Positions 29,958 through 41,248 of a stretch of 64,000 nt of DNA are shown here, in pieces. The notes under the pieces were generated by a model. The model saw only the letters and a list, made by a program, of their open reading frames with translations, searched no databases and had not been told where the DNA came from. How positions within the stretch are numbered: the stretch's first letter is position 1; each line of letters begins with the position of its first letter. The translations under genes were made by a program, and so were the position numbers. Source of the DNA: Aulosira sp. ZfuVER01 (GTDB taxonomy: Bacteria > Cyanobacteriota > Cyanobacteriia > Cyanobacteriales > Nostocaceae). The stretch is taken from contig JAVRCV020000031.1 of the NCBI GenBank assembly GCA_034530615.2, forward strand, positions 96,001-160,000, written 5' to 3'.

Positions 29958-32900
29958 ATGCTAATGCTTCCTGGTTATATTTTCGTAGAAACCCTCAATG
30001 AAGGCATTGATAACATTATTTATCGAGCTATCAAACAGGTAGACAAAACTCCCGTCATCATTAAAGTACTGAAATCTGAATATCCAACCTTAAAAGAGTT
30101 AACCGGACTAAAACTTGAATATCAAGTCCTGAACAGCTTAAAAGGCACTACCGGAGTTATTCAGCCCTTGAGTTTAGAAAAGCATCAAAATGGGTTTGCA
30201 CTAGTTTTAGAAGATTTAAGCACCATATCACTCAAGCATTTTATCGATACAAATCAATTATCATTAAAAAATTTCCTGATTATAGCTACTCAATTAGCAT
30301 CGGCTTTAGCAAACATCCATAATCAGCAAGTTATTCATAAAGATATCAAGCCTCACAATATTATTATTAATCCTCAAAATTTCACTGTTAAACTCATCGA
30401 CTTTAGTATTGCCTCACACTTATCTAGAGAAAACCCAACTATCAGCAATTCCAACTTAATCGAAGGCACACTTGCCTATATGTCTCCTGAACAAACTGGC
30501 AGAATGAATCGGTCACTTGATTATCGTACCGATTTTTATTCTTTAGGAGTCACCTTTTATCAAATGCTAACTGCATTGCTACCGTTTGAGAGCAACGATC
30601 CTCTAGAAATTATTCACTCCCACATTGCGAAAAATCCCCCTTCGCCTCACGAAATTAATTCAGAAATTCCCCCAGTAGTTTCTGAAATTATTATGAAACT
30701 CTTAGCCAAAACAGCAGAAGATAGATATCAAAGTGCCTTAGGTTTAAAAGCAGATTTAGACTTATGTCTCCAGCAGTTAGAAAATAATGGGCAAATTGCT
30801 GAATTTATTATTGGACAATTAGATTTATCTGGCCAATTTATCATTCCACAAAAACTTTATGGTAGGGAAGAAGAAGTAAATACATTATTAAATGCCTTTG
30901 AGCGGATCAGCAAAGGTAAATCCGAGATGATGCTGGTATCAGGATACTCTGGAATTGGTAAATCTTCTTTAGTAAATGAAATTCATAAACCAATTGTCCG
31001 CCAGAGAGGATATTTTATTTCGGGTAAATTTGACCAATTTAAACGGAATATACCTTATGCTTCCTTAATTCAAGCTTTTCAAGAATTAATGCGGCAACTG
31101 TTAACAGAAAGTGTTGAATCTTTAGCAGCTTGGAAATCCAAATTATTAACAGCACTTGGGAAAAATGGACAAATAATCATAGATGTTATACCAGAAGTAG
31201 AACGGATTATTGGTTTTCAGCCTGCGGTACCACAATTAGGAGCAGCAGAATCACAAAATCGTTTTAATCGGGTTTTTCAACAGTTTATTCATGTCTTTAC
31301 TAAACGAGAACATCCCCTAGTTTTATTTTTAGACGATTTACAGTGGGCAGATTCAGCTTCTTTAAAGTTGATTGAGCTAATTATTACCGACCAGGAAAGC
31401 GAATATTTATTATTAATTGGTGCTTATCGTGATAATGAAGTCCATACAACGCATCCTTTAGTTCATACATTAGAGCAAATTCAGTTAATTAGGAATACTA
31501 TCAATAATATTGTTCTCAGAACTTTGGATATTGATTGCGTTAATCAGTTAGTCTCTGATACTCTACGTAGCAGCAACTTAACAGTTAAATCGCTAGCTGA
31601 GTTGGTTTTTAACAAAACCCAAGGCAATCCCTTTTTCTTAACTCAATTACTCCAATATCTGTATCAAGAAAATTTATTAAATTTTAATTTTTCTGAAGGT
31701 AGATGGCAATGTGATATTGAACAACTTAAAGATATTAACAATACAGATAATGTTGTTGACTTAATGGTCAGCCAAATTCAAAAGCTGTCACCAGAGACAA
31801 TTAATGTTTTAAAAATAGCGGCTTGTATCGGAGATAAGTTTACTTTAGAAGTTTTGGCAACCGTTAATCAAACAACTCACTCAGAAACCGCAGCAGATTT
31901 ATGGCAAGCTCTGCAAGCAGGTTTAATTTTCCCCTTAAACAATTCCTACAAAATACCCCTATTATTTGAACAAGAGGAAATAGAACATCAGGGAGAACAA
32001 GCAGAAAGATTAATTACTACTTCTCAAACAATTACATATAAGTTCTTGCATGACCGAGTTCAGCAAGCAGCATATTCACTGATTCCTGATGAGAAAAAGA
32101 AAGCAACGCACCTAAAAATTGGCCAATTACTGCTGCAAAATACTCCACCAGAGGAACGCAAAGACAAGATTTTTGCACTAGTTAATCAACTCAATTACGG
32201 TGCTGACTTACTTACTTCTGAGTATGAAAAATCTGAGCTAGCCGCATTAAACTTAATTGCAGGTCAAAAAGCAAAAGCAGCAACAGCCTATGATTCGGCT
32301 GTCAAATATTTAAATTTGGGTATAGAACTACTAACAGCAGATACTTGGGAAAATCAGTATGAATTAACACTAGCACTATATGTAGAAACAGTAGCGATTG
32401 AATATCTCAATACTAACTTTGAAAGAGCTTCACAGCTTAGTAATGTTGTGATAGAAAACGCTAAAAGCTTACTTGAAAAAGTTCCGGTATATGAGACGCA
32501 AATTCAGTTCTATATTGCTCAAAACCAAATGCAAGCAGCAATAGATACTGCTATTAACACCTTAAATATTTTAGGAGAACCCTTACCTGAAATGCCAGAA
32601 GATCCTAGTATTTTGGTGCAATTGCTTGACCCAAAAACTACTTTATCTGGAAAGAGTATTGAGGAATTAGCAGACTTACCGCAGATGACCGATAGCTATA
32701 AAATTGCTGCGTTGCGGCTATTAGTAACAGTAATTCCTTCTGTTTTTGTTGCTGCTCCCCATCTATGCCCATTGTTCATCATCAAAATTATTGATTTATG
32801 TGTCAAATACGGTAATTCACCTGCATCTGCTTATGGCTATGTCCTGTATGGGCTAATCCTCTGTGGAGTATCTTCTAACCTTGAATCTGCATATCGACTT

Positions 32901-35900
32901 GGGAAATTAAGCTTAAAGCTATTGGATAAAATCAATGCTAAAGAATTCAAAGCAAAAATCTATGCAGTGTATAACTTTTTTGTTAGACAGTGGAACGAAC
33001 ATTCAAGAAACACGATAGAGCCTTTTCAAGAGGGTATTCAAAGTGCGCTAGAAACTGGAGATATAGAATTAGCTTGTCGTGGTGCTACATTTTATTGCAA
33101 CTCTATCTTTTTCATGGGTGAGCCTTTAGATAAAGTTGCTCAAGAACAAGATAAATATTTCTCTCTGATTCAGAAATATGACCAAAAATTTGATATAGAT
33201 TACACCAGAATTTGGATACAAGGAGTTAAAAATTTAAAAAGTAATTTAGCACAACCAGAATTATTAGCCGGAGACTTTTTCAACGAAGAAACAGACTTAA
33301 ATATGTTGATTAACACAAACAATCACATGGCTCTGTTTTCTTACTATCTTTTAAAGAGTCAGCTATATTATTTATTTAAAAAATCTACGCTCTCCCTTGA
33401 ATATGCTAAGTTAGCGTTTCCGTACACTAAAAGTTTAGCGGGAATGATGCATATTGCCCAAACTAACTTTTACTATTCTCTTAATTTATTGGCTTCGTAT
33501 AATCAAGTTGAGCCAATACAACAAGAAGAGTATCTGAGCCAAGTATCAGCTAATCAGCAAGAAATGGAAAAATGGGTACACCACGCACCAGTAAATTTCC
33601 AGCATAAATACCAGTTAGTAGAAGCTGAGAAAGCACGAATTTTAGGACAGTATGAAAAAGCATTTGATTATTATGAACAAGCTATTAAAGGAGCAAATGA
33701 ACAGGGATATATCCAAGAAGAAGCCTTAGCAAATGAATTAGCGGCTGAGTTTAATTTGTCATTAGGTAGAGAGAAAATTGCTAAAACCTATATGACAGAT
33801 GCTTATTATAGCTATATTCGTTGGGGTGCTGTTGCGAAAGTCAAAGATTTAGAAACACGCTATCGGCAATTAATTACGATATCACCAAACATACAAAAGC
33901 TAGAAACGAATTACCAAGAACTTACTCAGGCAAATTCCACAGTTATTGGAGGTACCCATAGTCTTGATTTAATGACGGTTATGAAAGCTTCTCAAGCTCT
34001 TTCAGGGGAAATTGTTTTGAGTAAGTTGCTGGCAAAATTAATGAAAATTGTGCTGGAAAATGCTGGTGCTCAAACTGGATACTTAATTTTAGAAATAGAC
34101 GGTAATTTGCTAATAGAAGCAAAAGCAACGGTTGGGCAAGAGGATGTGATTGTTATGCAATCGCAGCCAGTATCTAAGAGCTATGAATTGCCTGTATCTA
34201 TAATTAATTATGTAGCCAGAACCCACGAAAATGTTTTATATAGCAATTCACTTTGTGAAGGAATTTTTGCCACAGATCCCTATATTTTTAACCAAAAACC
34301 TAAATCAGTCTTATGTACGCCACTTCTGCATCAAGGAAAACTCAGCGGCATTCTCTACTTAGAAAATAATCTCATAACAGAAGCATTTACCCCCAATAGA
34401 TTAGAAATTTTAAAACTCTTATCTTCTCAAGCAGCTATTTCTATTGAAAATGCTCGCCTCTACAGTGATTTAGCAGATGCTAATGCCACTTTAGAAGCCA
34501 AAGTTCAAGAGCGAACCCAGGAATTACAAGAAAAAAATGTGCATTTGCAAAAAGCAGAAGCAACAGCGCAATCTGCTAATCAGGCGAAAAGTGAGTTTTT
34601 AGCCAATATGAGCCATGAACTCCGCACACCGCTAAATGGTATTTTAGGTTATGCACAAATTCTGCAACGAGATAAAGATTTAACTACCTCTCAAAAAGAT
34701 GGATTGAATATTATTTATCAATGTGGAGATCATCTCTTAAACCTGATTAATGAAGTTTTGGATCTATCCAAAATAGAAGCGCGCAAAATGGAATTGTATT
34801 CATCAGAGTTTCATTTTCCAGAATTTCTGGAAGGAATTGCAGAAATTTGTCGAATTCGTGCGCAACAAAAAGGCATTGAATTAATTTATCAGCCAATAGC
34901 AAACTTACCTCAAGGAGTGAAAGCTGATGAAAAACGGTTGCGGCAAGTTTTAATTAATTTACTTGGTAATGCTGTGAAGTTTACAGAAGCCGGTGCAGTA
35001 ACTTTAAAAGTTGGCTATCACAATCATCAGATTCGGTTTCAGGTAGAAGATACAGGAGTGGGTATGGCTCCTGAACAATTAGAAGATATATTTTTGCCTT
35101 TTCATCAAGTAGGTGAAAATAATCGCAAAGTAGAAGGTACAGGCTTAGGATTATCTATTAGTCGCAGATTAGTAGAAATGATGGGAGGAGAAATTCAAGT
35201 TCAAAGTACCTTAGGTAAAGGTAGCGTCTTCTTTTTTGATTTGGAACTGCCGATAGTCGCTCAATCTCCAGAGTCAGTAAAAGCAGCCATTCAAAATATT
35301 ATCGGTTATAAAGGTAAAAAACGCACAATCATTGTAGCTGACGATCGCTGGGAAAATCGATTAATCTTAGTGAAGATGCTAGCTACGCTAGGATTTGAAA
35401 TTGTAGAAGCGGTTGATGGGCAAGATTGCTTAAATAAAGCGGCAGAATTACCGACAGATTGCATATTAATGGACTTGATGATGCCAACTCTCAGCGGTTT
35501 AGAAGCAACCCGGAGAATTAGGCGATCGCCTGAACTTAAGCATATTATAGTTCTGGGAACTTCTGCGAGTGTCTTTGATTTCGATCAACAAAAAAGTAAA
35601 GAAATCGGCTGTAACGACTTTATCCCTAAACCAATTCGGATACAAGATTTATTAACCCAATTACAAATTTATTTAGAATTGGAATGGATTTATGAAGATG
35701 AACCAGCAATCCCGAATCAATCTCAATCTATTGTTGGGGAGCAAATCTTGATATTTCCCTCATCTGGGGAAATAGCTACTTTGTTAAAGTTAGCATGGCA
35801 AGGTGATTTAAAAGGAATTATGGAGCAAGCATCTCACTTGCAACAATCTAATGTTGAATATGTTCCTTTCTTCCAAGAATTACAGCAACTAGCCAAAGGC

Positions 35901-35948
35901 TTTCAAATTAAAAAAATTCGTGAATTTCTCAAAAGTGCAGGCAATTAA
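29958..35948 (+). CDS. Hybrid Ser/Thr kinase-AAA ATPase-GAF-histidine kinase-receiver protein (HstK-type)
   Basis: [41 protein letters not shown] (LYLENN), [37 protein letters not shown]. Confidence 0.92.
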   Translation: MLMLPGYIFVETLNEGIDNIIYRAIKQVDKTPVIIKVLKSEYPTLKELTGLKLEYQVLNSLKGTTGVIQPLSLEKHQNGFALVLEDLSTISLKHFIDTNQLSLKNFLIIATQLASALANIHNQQVIHKDIKPHNIIINPQNFTVKLIDFSIASHLSRENPTISNSNLIEGTLAYMSPEQTGRMNRSLDYRTDFYSLGVTFYQMLTALLPFESNDPLEIIHSHIAKNPPSPHEINSEIPPVVSEIIMKLLAKTAEDRYQSALGLKADLDLCLQQLENNGQIAEFIIGQLDLSGQFIIPQKLYGREEEVNTLLNAFERISKGKSEMMLVSGYSGIGKSSLVNEIHKPIVRQRGYFISGKFDQFKRNIPYASLIQAFQELMRQLLTESVESLAAWKSKLLTALGKNGQIIIDVIPEVERIIGFQPAVPQLGAAESQNRFNRVFQQFIHVFTKREHPLVLFLDDLQWADSASLKLIELIITDQESEYLLLIGAYRDNEVHTTHPLVHTLEQIQLIRNTINNIVLRTLDIDCVNQLVSDTLRSSNLTVKSLAELVFNKTQGNPFFLTQLLQYLYQENLLNFNFSEGRWQCDIEQLKDINNTDNVVDLMVSQIQKLSPETINVLKIAACIGDKFTLEVLATVNQTTHSETAADLWQALQAGLIFPLNNSYKIPLLFEQEEIEHQGEQAERLITTSQTITYKFLHDRVQQAAYSLIPDEKKKATHLKIGQLLLQNTPPEERKDKIFALVNQLNYGADLLTSEYEKSELAALNLIAGQKAKAATAYDSAVKYLNLGIELLTADTWENQYELTLALYVETVAIEYLNTNFERASQLSNVVIENAKSLLEKVPVYETQIQFYIAQNQMQAAIDTAINTLNILGEPLPEMPEDPSILVQLLDPKTTLSGKSIEELADLPQMTDSYKIAALRLLVTVIPSVFVAAPHLCPLFIIKIIDLCVKYGNSPASAYGYVLYGLILCGVSSNLESAYRLGKLSLKLLDKINAKEFKAKIYAVYNFFVRQWNEHSRNTIEPFQEGIQSALETGDIELACRGATFYCNSIFFMGEPLDKVAQEQDKYFSLIQKYDQKFDIDYTRIWIQGVKNLKSNLAQPELLAGDFFNEETDLNMLINTNNHMALFSYYLLKSQLYYLFKKSTLSLEYAKLAFPYTKSLAGMMHIAQTNFYYSLNLLASYNQVEPIQQEEYLSQVSANQQEMEKWVHHAPVNFQHKYQLVEAEKARILGQYEKAFDYYEQAIKGANEQGYIQEEALANELAAEFNLSLGREKIAKTYMTDAYYSYIRWGAVAKVKDLETRYRQLITISPNIQKLETNYQELTQANSTVIGGTHSLDLMTVMKASQALSGEIVLSKLLAKLMKIVLENAGAQTGYLILEIDGNLLIEAKATVGQEDVIVMQSQPVSKSYELPVSIINYVARTHENVLYSNSLCEGIFATDPYIFNQKPKSVLCTPLLHQGKLSGILYLENNLITEAFTPNRLEILKLLSSQAAISIENARLYSDLADANATLEAKVQERTQELQEKNVHLQKAEATAQSANQAKSEFLANMSHELRTPLNGILGYAQILQRDKDLTTSQKDGLNIIYQCGDHLLNLINEVLDLSKIEARKMELYSSEFHFPEFLEGIAEICRIRAQQKGIELIYQPIANLPQGVKADEKRLRQVLINLLGNAVKFTEAGAVTLKVGYHNHQIRFQVEDTGVGMAPEQLEDIFLPFHQVGENNRKVEGTGLGLSISRRLVEMMGGEIQVQSTLGKGSVFFFDLELPIVAQSPESVKAAIQNIIGYKGKKRTIIVADDRWENRLILVKMLATLGFEIVEAVDGQDCLNKAAELPTDCILMDLMMPTLSGLEATRRIRRSPELKHIIVLGTSASVFDFDQQKSKEIGCNDFIPKPIRIQDLLTQLQIYLELEWIYEDEPAIPNQSQSIVGEQILIFPSSGEIATLLKLAWQGDLKGIMEQASHLQQSNVEYVPFFQELQQLAKGFQIKKIREFLKSAGN

Positions 35949-35950
35949 TC

Positions 35951-37495
35951 ATGACTAAGAACAATACTGCAAACAACATTATTTTAATTGTTGATGATAC
36001 TCCGACTAATTTAGGAGTCCTGTTTGAGTTTTTAGCTGATTCAGGTTTTCAAGTGTTAGTTGCCGAAGATGGTGAAGATGCTATTGAACAGATGGAATAT
36101 GTTTTGCCCGATCTAATTTTATTAGATGTAATTATGCCGGGTATGGATGGCTTTGAAACCTGTCGTCATTTAAAAGAAAAAGCAATTACAAAAGATATTC
36201 CGATAATTTTCATGACGGCATTATCAGAAACCGTAGATAAAGTCAAAGGCTTAAGTCTTGGGGCTGTAGACTACATCACTAAGCCGTTGCAACATGAAGA
36301 AGTTTTAGCTCGCGTTCAAATTCATTTGAGGCTGCGAAATTTGACTAAAACATTACAAGATTATTCTCTACGTTTAGAACAGGAAATTCAAGAGCGTTTA
36401 AAAGTAGAACAAGAAATTTTATTGTTAAATGCTGAATTAGAAAAACGTGTAGAAGTCAGAACATCTGAACTTCAACAAGCAAATCAACAACTGCAACAGG
36501 AAGTGCGCGAAAGGATTTTAACAGAGCAAGCCTTGCAACAATCAGAATCTCGTTATCGAGTACAAGCTAATCAATTAGAAGTTGCTTTTCGCCAATTGCA
36601 AGAAACTCAAAGCCAGTTAGTACAAAGTGAGAAAATGTCTAGTTTAGGGCAACTGGTAGCAGGGGTTGCTCATGAAATTAATAACCCTGTTAACTTCGTC
36701 TATGGAAACTTAACTTATGCGAGTCAATACACTCAAGATTTGCTCTATCTCTTGCATTTGTATGATAAATATACTCCTGAGCCAGCATCAGAAATCAAAG
36801 AGCAGCTAGAGGTAATAGATCTAGAATTTTTAATTACAGACTTGCCAAAACTTCTATCTTCTATGAAAATTGGTGCTGAACGCATTCGGGAAATTATTCA
36901 GTCATTAAAGAACTTTTCTCGGATTGATGAAGCAGAAATGAAGCCAGTAAATATTCATGATGGATTAGATAGTACACTCCTAATTTTGCATAATCGACTG
37001 AAAGCTCATACAAATTACTCTGGTATTAAAGTTATCAAAGAGTATGGTAATTTACCTTTAGTAGAATGTTACCCCGGACAACTCAATCAAGTATTTATGA
37101 ATTTGATTGCCAATGCGATCGATTCTTTAGAAGAGTCTGAAAAACAGCAAAATTCACAAAATACTCAGGTCGAAACCAGCCAGATTATCATTCGTACTAA
37201 AGTGATTGACAATGATTTTGTTTCTATTCAAATTACAGATAATGGATTAGGAATGTCTGAATATGTTTGCCAACACCTTTTTAATCCCTTTTTTACGACA
37301 AAACCGGCTGGTAAAGGAACAGGTTTAGGATTGAGTATTAGTTACCAAATTATCTCAAAACATGGGGGATGGTTGCAGTGTATTTCCGCACCTGGTGAAG
37401 GGGCGGAATTTATTATTACCATTCCTGTGCGACATCATTCTTCAGAATTTGCTTGTTTATTACCACTTGCTTTAGATAGCGCTACCTCTGGCTAA
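35951..37495 (+). CDS. Hybrid response regulator-sensor histidine kinase
   Basis: N-terminal REC (LIVDD, LLDVIMP, YITKP), coiled coil, AGVAHEINNP, NAID, PFFTTK and GTGLGL. Confidence 0.92.
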   Translation: MTKNNTANNIILIVDDTPTNLGVLFEFLADSGFQVLVAEDGEDAIEQMEYVLPDLILLDVIMPGMDGFETCRHLKEKAITKDIPIIFMTALSETVDKVKGLSLGAVDYITKPLQHEEVLARVQIHLRLRNLTKTLQDYSLRLEQEIQERLKVEQEILLLNAELEKRVEVRTSELQQANQQLQQEVRERILTEQALQQSESRYRVQANQLEVAFRQLQETQSQLVQSEKMSSLGQLVAGVAHEINNPVNFVYGNLTYASQYTQDLLYLLHLYDKYTPEPASEIKEQLEVIDLEFLITDLPKLLSSMKIGAERIREIIQSLKNFSRIDEAEMKPVNIHDGLDSTLLILHNRLKAHTNYSGIKVIKEYGNLPLVECYPGQLNQVFMNLIANAIDSLEESEKQQNSQNTQVETSQIIIRTKVIDNDFVSIQITDNGLGMSEYVCQHLFNPFFTTKPAGKGTGLGLSISYQIISKHGGWLQCISAPGEGAEFIITIPVRHHSSEFACLLPLALDSATSG

Positions 37496-37587
37496 CGGAT
37501 TAATCAAGAATTACTATAAGAGATAAAGGTGTTGGGTCAAAAAATGAGACCCAACCTTGTATCTTAAATGAAGTAGTATTTATAACC

Positions 37588-37711
37588 CAATACAGTTTAT
37601 TTAAGCTGGAATGAATGACATAGTAGGGGCACAATACCCAAAATATTTATCACAACTAGGCAATCTTACTAGCGCCGTGCCCCTACAAAGATCCTTAACT
37701 GAAACTTATTG
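37588..37711. mobile_element. MITE-like element with internal GTAG-type REP palindrome
   Basis: Imperfect 18-bp termini caatacagtttatttaag/cttaactgaaacttattg enclosing GTAGGGGCAC (37623-37632) and GTGCCCCTAC (37677-37686). Confidence 0.55.
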
Positions 37712-38050
37712 AAGCATAAGGTTTTGCGATCGCAATAATTTTTAACCTAATTGGTATAAAAACACACATAAAACTTAATACAGAATCATCCAATTGTGAC
37801 CATTGTTAGGTTGGAATTTGGGTATTCTTGGAATAGAGGAAAACAGCTTCAACTGGAGACTGTTCCCTTAGCTCATAATCTTTGTACCCTAAACTGTAGA
37901 TTGTGATTGTGCGATCGCCATCACTTAGCTATCAGATTCAAATCACAGAGAATATCATCGGTTATCACTTAGCTTTTATACAAAATAAATAATACTAATA
38001 ACTGCAATAAGCCTCGGTTATCACTTGGCGATTGTGGAGAGTAACTATAT

Positions 38051-38203
38051 ATGATCGAAAAATTCTTATTGGCTGTTGGCCTAACGTTTAGTCTTAGTTT
38101 ATTTACAGGAATGAATTGGTCTGCTCCTAGCCATACAACTGGTAGCATCAACCTCAATAATTATCAAGCATTTACCGTTCCTAGCTTACTTAGTACTTAT
38201 TAA
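38051..38203 (+). CDS. Small (50 aa) putatively secreted protein
   Basis: MIEKFLLAVGLTFSLSLFTGMNWSAPSHTTGSINLNNYQAFTVPSLLSTY*; GGAGAG upstream; below ORF-track cutoff. Confidence 0.5.
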   Translation: MIEKFLLAVGLTFSLSLFTGMNWSAPSHTTGSINLNNYQAFTVPSLLSTY

Positions 38204-38307
38204 TACTAAATGTGGCGAATGGCTGAGATTATTCATATCATAGGCTGAAGTATAAATATATCTCAGATAAAACTAATTACTGAGTAATAAATATTGCTAT
38301 CAAGAAT

Positions 38308-39078
38308 ATGAAAAGCCAAATTCTAGCCACAACCGTATTTTTAACCACAATCAGCTTGACAACGAGCGTCCAAGCAGCAAATTCTGAACATATTAGACAG
38401 TTATTAGCAACTAAACAATGTCAAAACTGTGACCTGGTAAATGCAGGTTTAGTATTGGCTGACTTATCTGGAGCCAATTTAAGCGGAGCCAATCTCGCGG
38501 GTGCTAACCTTAGCCGTGCAAACTTGACTGGTGCTGATTTGCGGGGTGCAAACTTGACTGGTGCTAGTTTATTCGGCGTGAACCTAAGCGCTGCTAAACT
38601 CGCTGGGGCAAATTTGGCAAATGCAGACTTAAGAAATTCCTATCTAGCAAATGCAGAATTAACTGGTGTCAACCTGAATAGCACTTATCTTCAAGGCGCA
38701 GTTGGTATACCATCGCAAATTGCTACAGCAGAAGAGTTTTATGCTTGGGGCGTAGCAGAAGCCCAAAAAGGTAATACACCGCAAGCAATTGAGTATTTTA
38801 ATCAAGCGATCGCTACAAAAACCGGGTACGCAGAAGCTTACTTAGCTCGTGGTGTTGCTCGTTACCAAATCTTGGATAGACAAGGTGCATTCCAAGATGC
38901 TCAACTTGCTGGCAAAATTTTCACAGAGCAAAAAAATGCTCCTGGTATCCAAACAGCACAAGCTTTTATCAAAGAACTACAAACACCCCCAGATGGTAAA
39001 GTCAATGTTGGCAAACCTAGTTTTGTTGACTTTTTGGGTAGTCTTGGCTCAGTCTTGCTTCAGTTCTTCCCCTTTTAG
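38308..39078 (+). CDS. Pentapeptide repeat protein with signal peptide and C-terminal TPR
   Basis: C..CDL followed by A(N/D)L.. pentapeptides; AIEYFNQAI..YAEAYLARG TPR. Confidence 0.9.
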   Translation: MKSQILATTVFLTTISLTTSVQAANSEHIRQLLATKQCQNCDLVNAGLVLADLSGANLSGANLAGANLSRANLTGADLRGANLTGASLFGVNLSAAKLAGANLANADLRNSYLANAELTGVNLNSTYLQGAVGIPSQIATAEEFYAWGVAEAQKGNTPQAIEYFNQAIATKTGYAEAYLARGVARYQILDRQGAFQDAQLAGKIFTEQKNAPGIQTAQAFIKELQTPPDGKVNVGKPSFVDFLGSLGSVLLQFFPF

Positions 39079-39183
39079 GGGATGAGGAAGATAAGGAGAC
39101 GCAGCGTCCACCGCACTGCATCCTAAATTTATTTATGCAGTACAAGTTTTGAATTTTGAATTTTGAATTCGGAGCGAAGCGAC

Positions 39184-39804
39184 GTGACCCTATCCATTGA
39201 ATTATGGACAGCAAATCAAGATTTAGCCCAAGCTTGTCTAGAGCATCCTTTTGTTCAAAGCATTGCTGATGGTAGCCTTGCGCCAAAAAAATTTGCCTAC
39301 TATGTAGGACAAGATGCTTTTTTCTTAAAAGCTTTTGCCCGTGCTTACAGCATCGCCGCAGCTAAAGCACCAGACTGGCTAGGATTCACTACATTTCACG
39401 CCCTAGCTGATGGAGTTTTGCAGGAACTACGGCTACATGAAAGCTATGCTGCTGAATGGGGAGTCAATTTACATTCTGTAGAGCCAGGAGCAGCTACCCG
39501 TCGCTATACAGATTTTTTATTAGCTACCGCTTGGGGTGGGGATGTAGGTTTAACAGCTGCGGCGATGTCCCCATGTATGCGCCTGTATGCTTTTTTGGGA
39601 GAACAGTTAGCTGTTGATGGTATTCCCGATCATCGATATGCAAACTGGATTCGGACTTACAGCAGTGCGGATTTTCAGCCTTTGGCAGAACAATTAGAAA
39701 GTTTAGTTGACAATTACGCTAACGCTACACCGTTGGTACACTCTACCTATCGTTATGCTATGTTTTGTGAACGTGACTTTTTTCAAGCTGCGTTGACATT
39801 ATAG
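39184..39804 (+). CDS. tenA: TenA family protein (thiaminase II-like)
   Basis: HPFV..IADGSL...FAYYVGQDAFFL, PCMRLY, Y.NWI.TY and E..FF motifs; GTG start at 39184. Confidence 0.85.
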   Translation: MTLSIELWTANQDLAQACLEHPFVQSIADGSLAPKKFAYYVGQDAFFLKAFARAYSIAAAKAPDWLGFTTFHALADGVLQELRLHESYAAEWGVNLHSVEPGAATRRYTDFLLATAWGGDVGLTAAAMSPCMRLYAFLGEQLAVDGIPDHRYANWIRTYSSADFQPLAEQLESLVDNYANATPLVHSTYRYAMFCERDFFQAALTL

Positions 39805-39885
39805 TAGTTTGGGTTGGGCTATGGGCGATCGCAAATTTATGAGTCAACTATACTCATAATATACTTATACATTTGACCACCTTTT

Positions 39886-40401
39886 ATGAGCCAAGCGGGA
39901 GAAACAAAACGGCAAAACTTCAATGTTTTACCTGAACAAGAAGCACAGATTGAGTGGCTGCGAGTAGCAATGGGTGCAGCAACGACTAAAGAAACTATTC
40001 TGCGATCAATTTCTGTGATGGCTGTCCTCCACAATTATATACAACAAGGCTATCAAATCCGACTTGTGACATCAGGCGAACAAATCCATTTGGTAATTCC
40101 AGAATTAGAGCCAACCGCACAGTCTATTTGGCAATATCTGGTATCGCGTCCCCATCCTTGGCGAAAACAATTATACGTAAAAGGGCGACGGCTGTTAGCT
40201 TCCACTGTTTGGCAAGATATGCGGTTGAATAATCTTTCTCCTGAAGAAGCATCGGAAAATTTTACTCTACCTATCGCGGCTGTTAACGAAATCATTCGCT
40301 ACTGTGAAGCTAATTACGAACTCATCAAGATGGAAGCAGAAGAAGAGCGTTATCGTCTAGAACAGCAAGGAGTGAGAGTTGAGTCTCAGACTGTTGGTTG
40401 A
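39886..40401 (+). CDS. Putative antitoxin, DUF433-like C-terminus
   Basis: RPHPWRKQLYVKGRRL.ASTVW...SPEEA.ENF.LP.AAV.E.IRYCE motif; overlaps the downstream PIN gene. Confidence 0.7.
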   Translation: MSQAGETKRQNFNVLPEQEAQIEWLRVAMGAATTKETILRSISVMAVLHNYIQQGYQIRLVTSGEQIHLVIPELEPTAQSIWQYLVSRPHPWRKQLYVKGRRLLASTVWQDMRLNNLSPEEASENFTLPIAAVNEIIRYCEANYELIKMEAEEERYRLEQQGVRVESQTVG

Positions 40402-40738
40402 TGAGGATACTCAAGCACGTCGTCTTGTTGAGATGTTGCGAGCAGATAAGCACGATGTATTAACCATTGGCGAAGCTGGGATAACTGGTATCCCAGATGT
40501 ATTAGTAATGGAAATGGCTCGAACTCAACAGCGTATCTTGCTAACTCGCAACTGTAATGATTTTTTAGAATTACATCAAGCAAACTCAGACCATTCAGGA
40601 ATTCTAGCAATATACCAGGACGCTGAACCTACAAAAAGTATGAGTTACGCTGCGATAGTTAAGGCGATCGCAAATTTAGAAAATACAACTTTATCTCTGG
40701 TAGGGCAGTTTATAGTTTTGAATCAGTACAACTGGTAG
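40379..40738 (+). CDS. DUF5615 family PIN-like putative toxin
   Basis: LRLLVDED, HDV, D..V...A....RILLTRNC.DF and HSGIL motifs. Confidence 0.85.
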   Translation: MSLRLLVDEDTQARRLVEMLRADKHDVLTIGEAGITGIPDVLVMEMARTQQRILLTRNCNDFLELHQANSDHSGILAIYQDAEPTKSMSYAAIVKAIANLENTTLSLVGQFIVLNQYNW

Positions 40739-40913
40739 ATTATGGTGGTAATGACTATAGTTGGGTTTTCCTTTAGCGCACGCCAACTATAGTCATCATG
40801 ATTAACCAACAGCTATTTTTTCTGCTTCCACTCCATCGTTACTTCCCAGTTAGCTAATTTTTATTTTTAGCAGTTATAATTACAGGTGCTTGTTGCTAAA
40901 TAGTATACGATTT

Positions 40914-41201
40914 ATGGGTGACACTAATACTGAATATACAGCCAGACTTGATGAGATGATTAGGCAAGGAAAGCTAAAAGCAGAATATAAAAACATACTA
41001 TTAGAAATCGCTGACCTTGGAAGCAAGGCTTGTAATTTAGGGCTAATTTCTGGTCTTGGGTGGAGGGAAGATGCTAATCAAGTCGTTCTTAATGAATACG
41101 AAATACTCGATCAAAAAGGCAATTTTTTGTATTTAACCTTGTCAGAAACCCGTGATTACCTTCAGAAGTTAATTGCAGATTTACAGGTAAGTAATTTGTA
41201 A
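40914..41201 (+). CDS. Hypothetical protein
   Basis: Clean 95-aa ORF from ATG 40914; no family recognised. Confidence 0.55.
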   Translation: MGDTNTEYTARLDEMIRQGKLKAEYKNILLEIADLGSKACNLGLISGLGWREDANQVVLNEYEILDQKGNFLYLTLSETRDYLQKLIADLQVSNL

Positions 41202-41248
41202 AAAATTTGAAATTTTTATATAAAAAGGTGGGCATTGCCCACCCGAAG

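Noticed and set aside
39079..39183. TPP riboswitch upstream of tenA
   Set aside because: The short spacer is occupied by TTTTGAA heptamers; no TPP aptamer core was recognisable.
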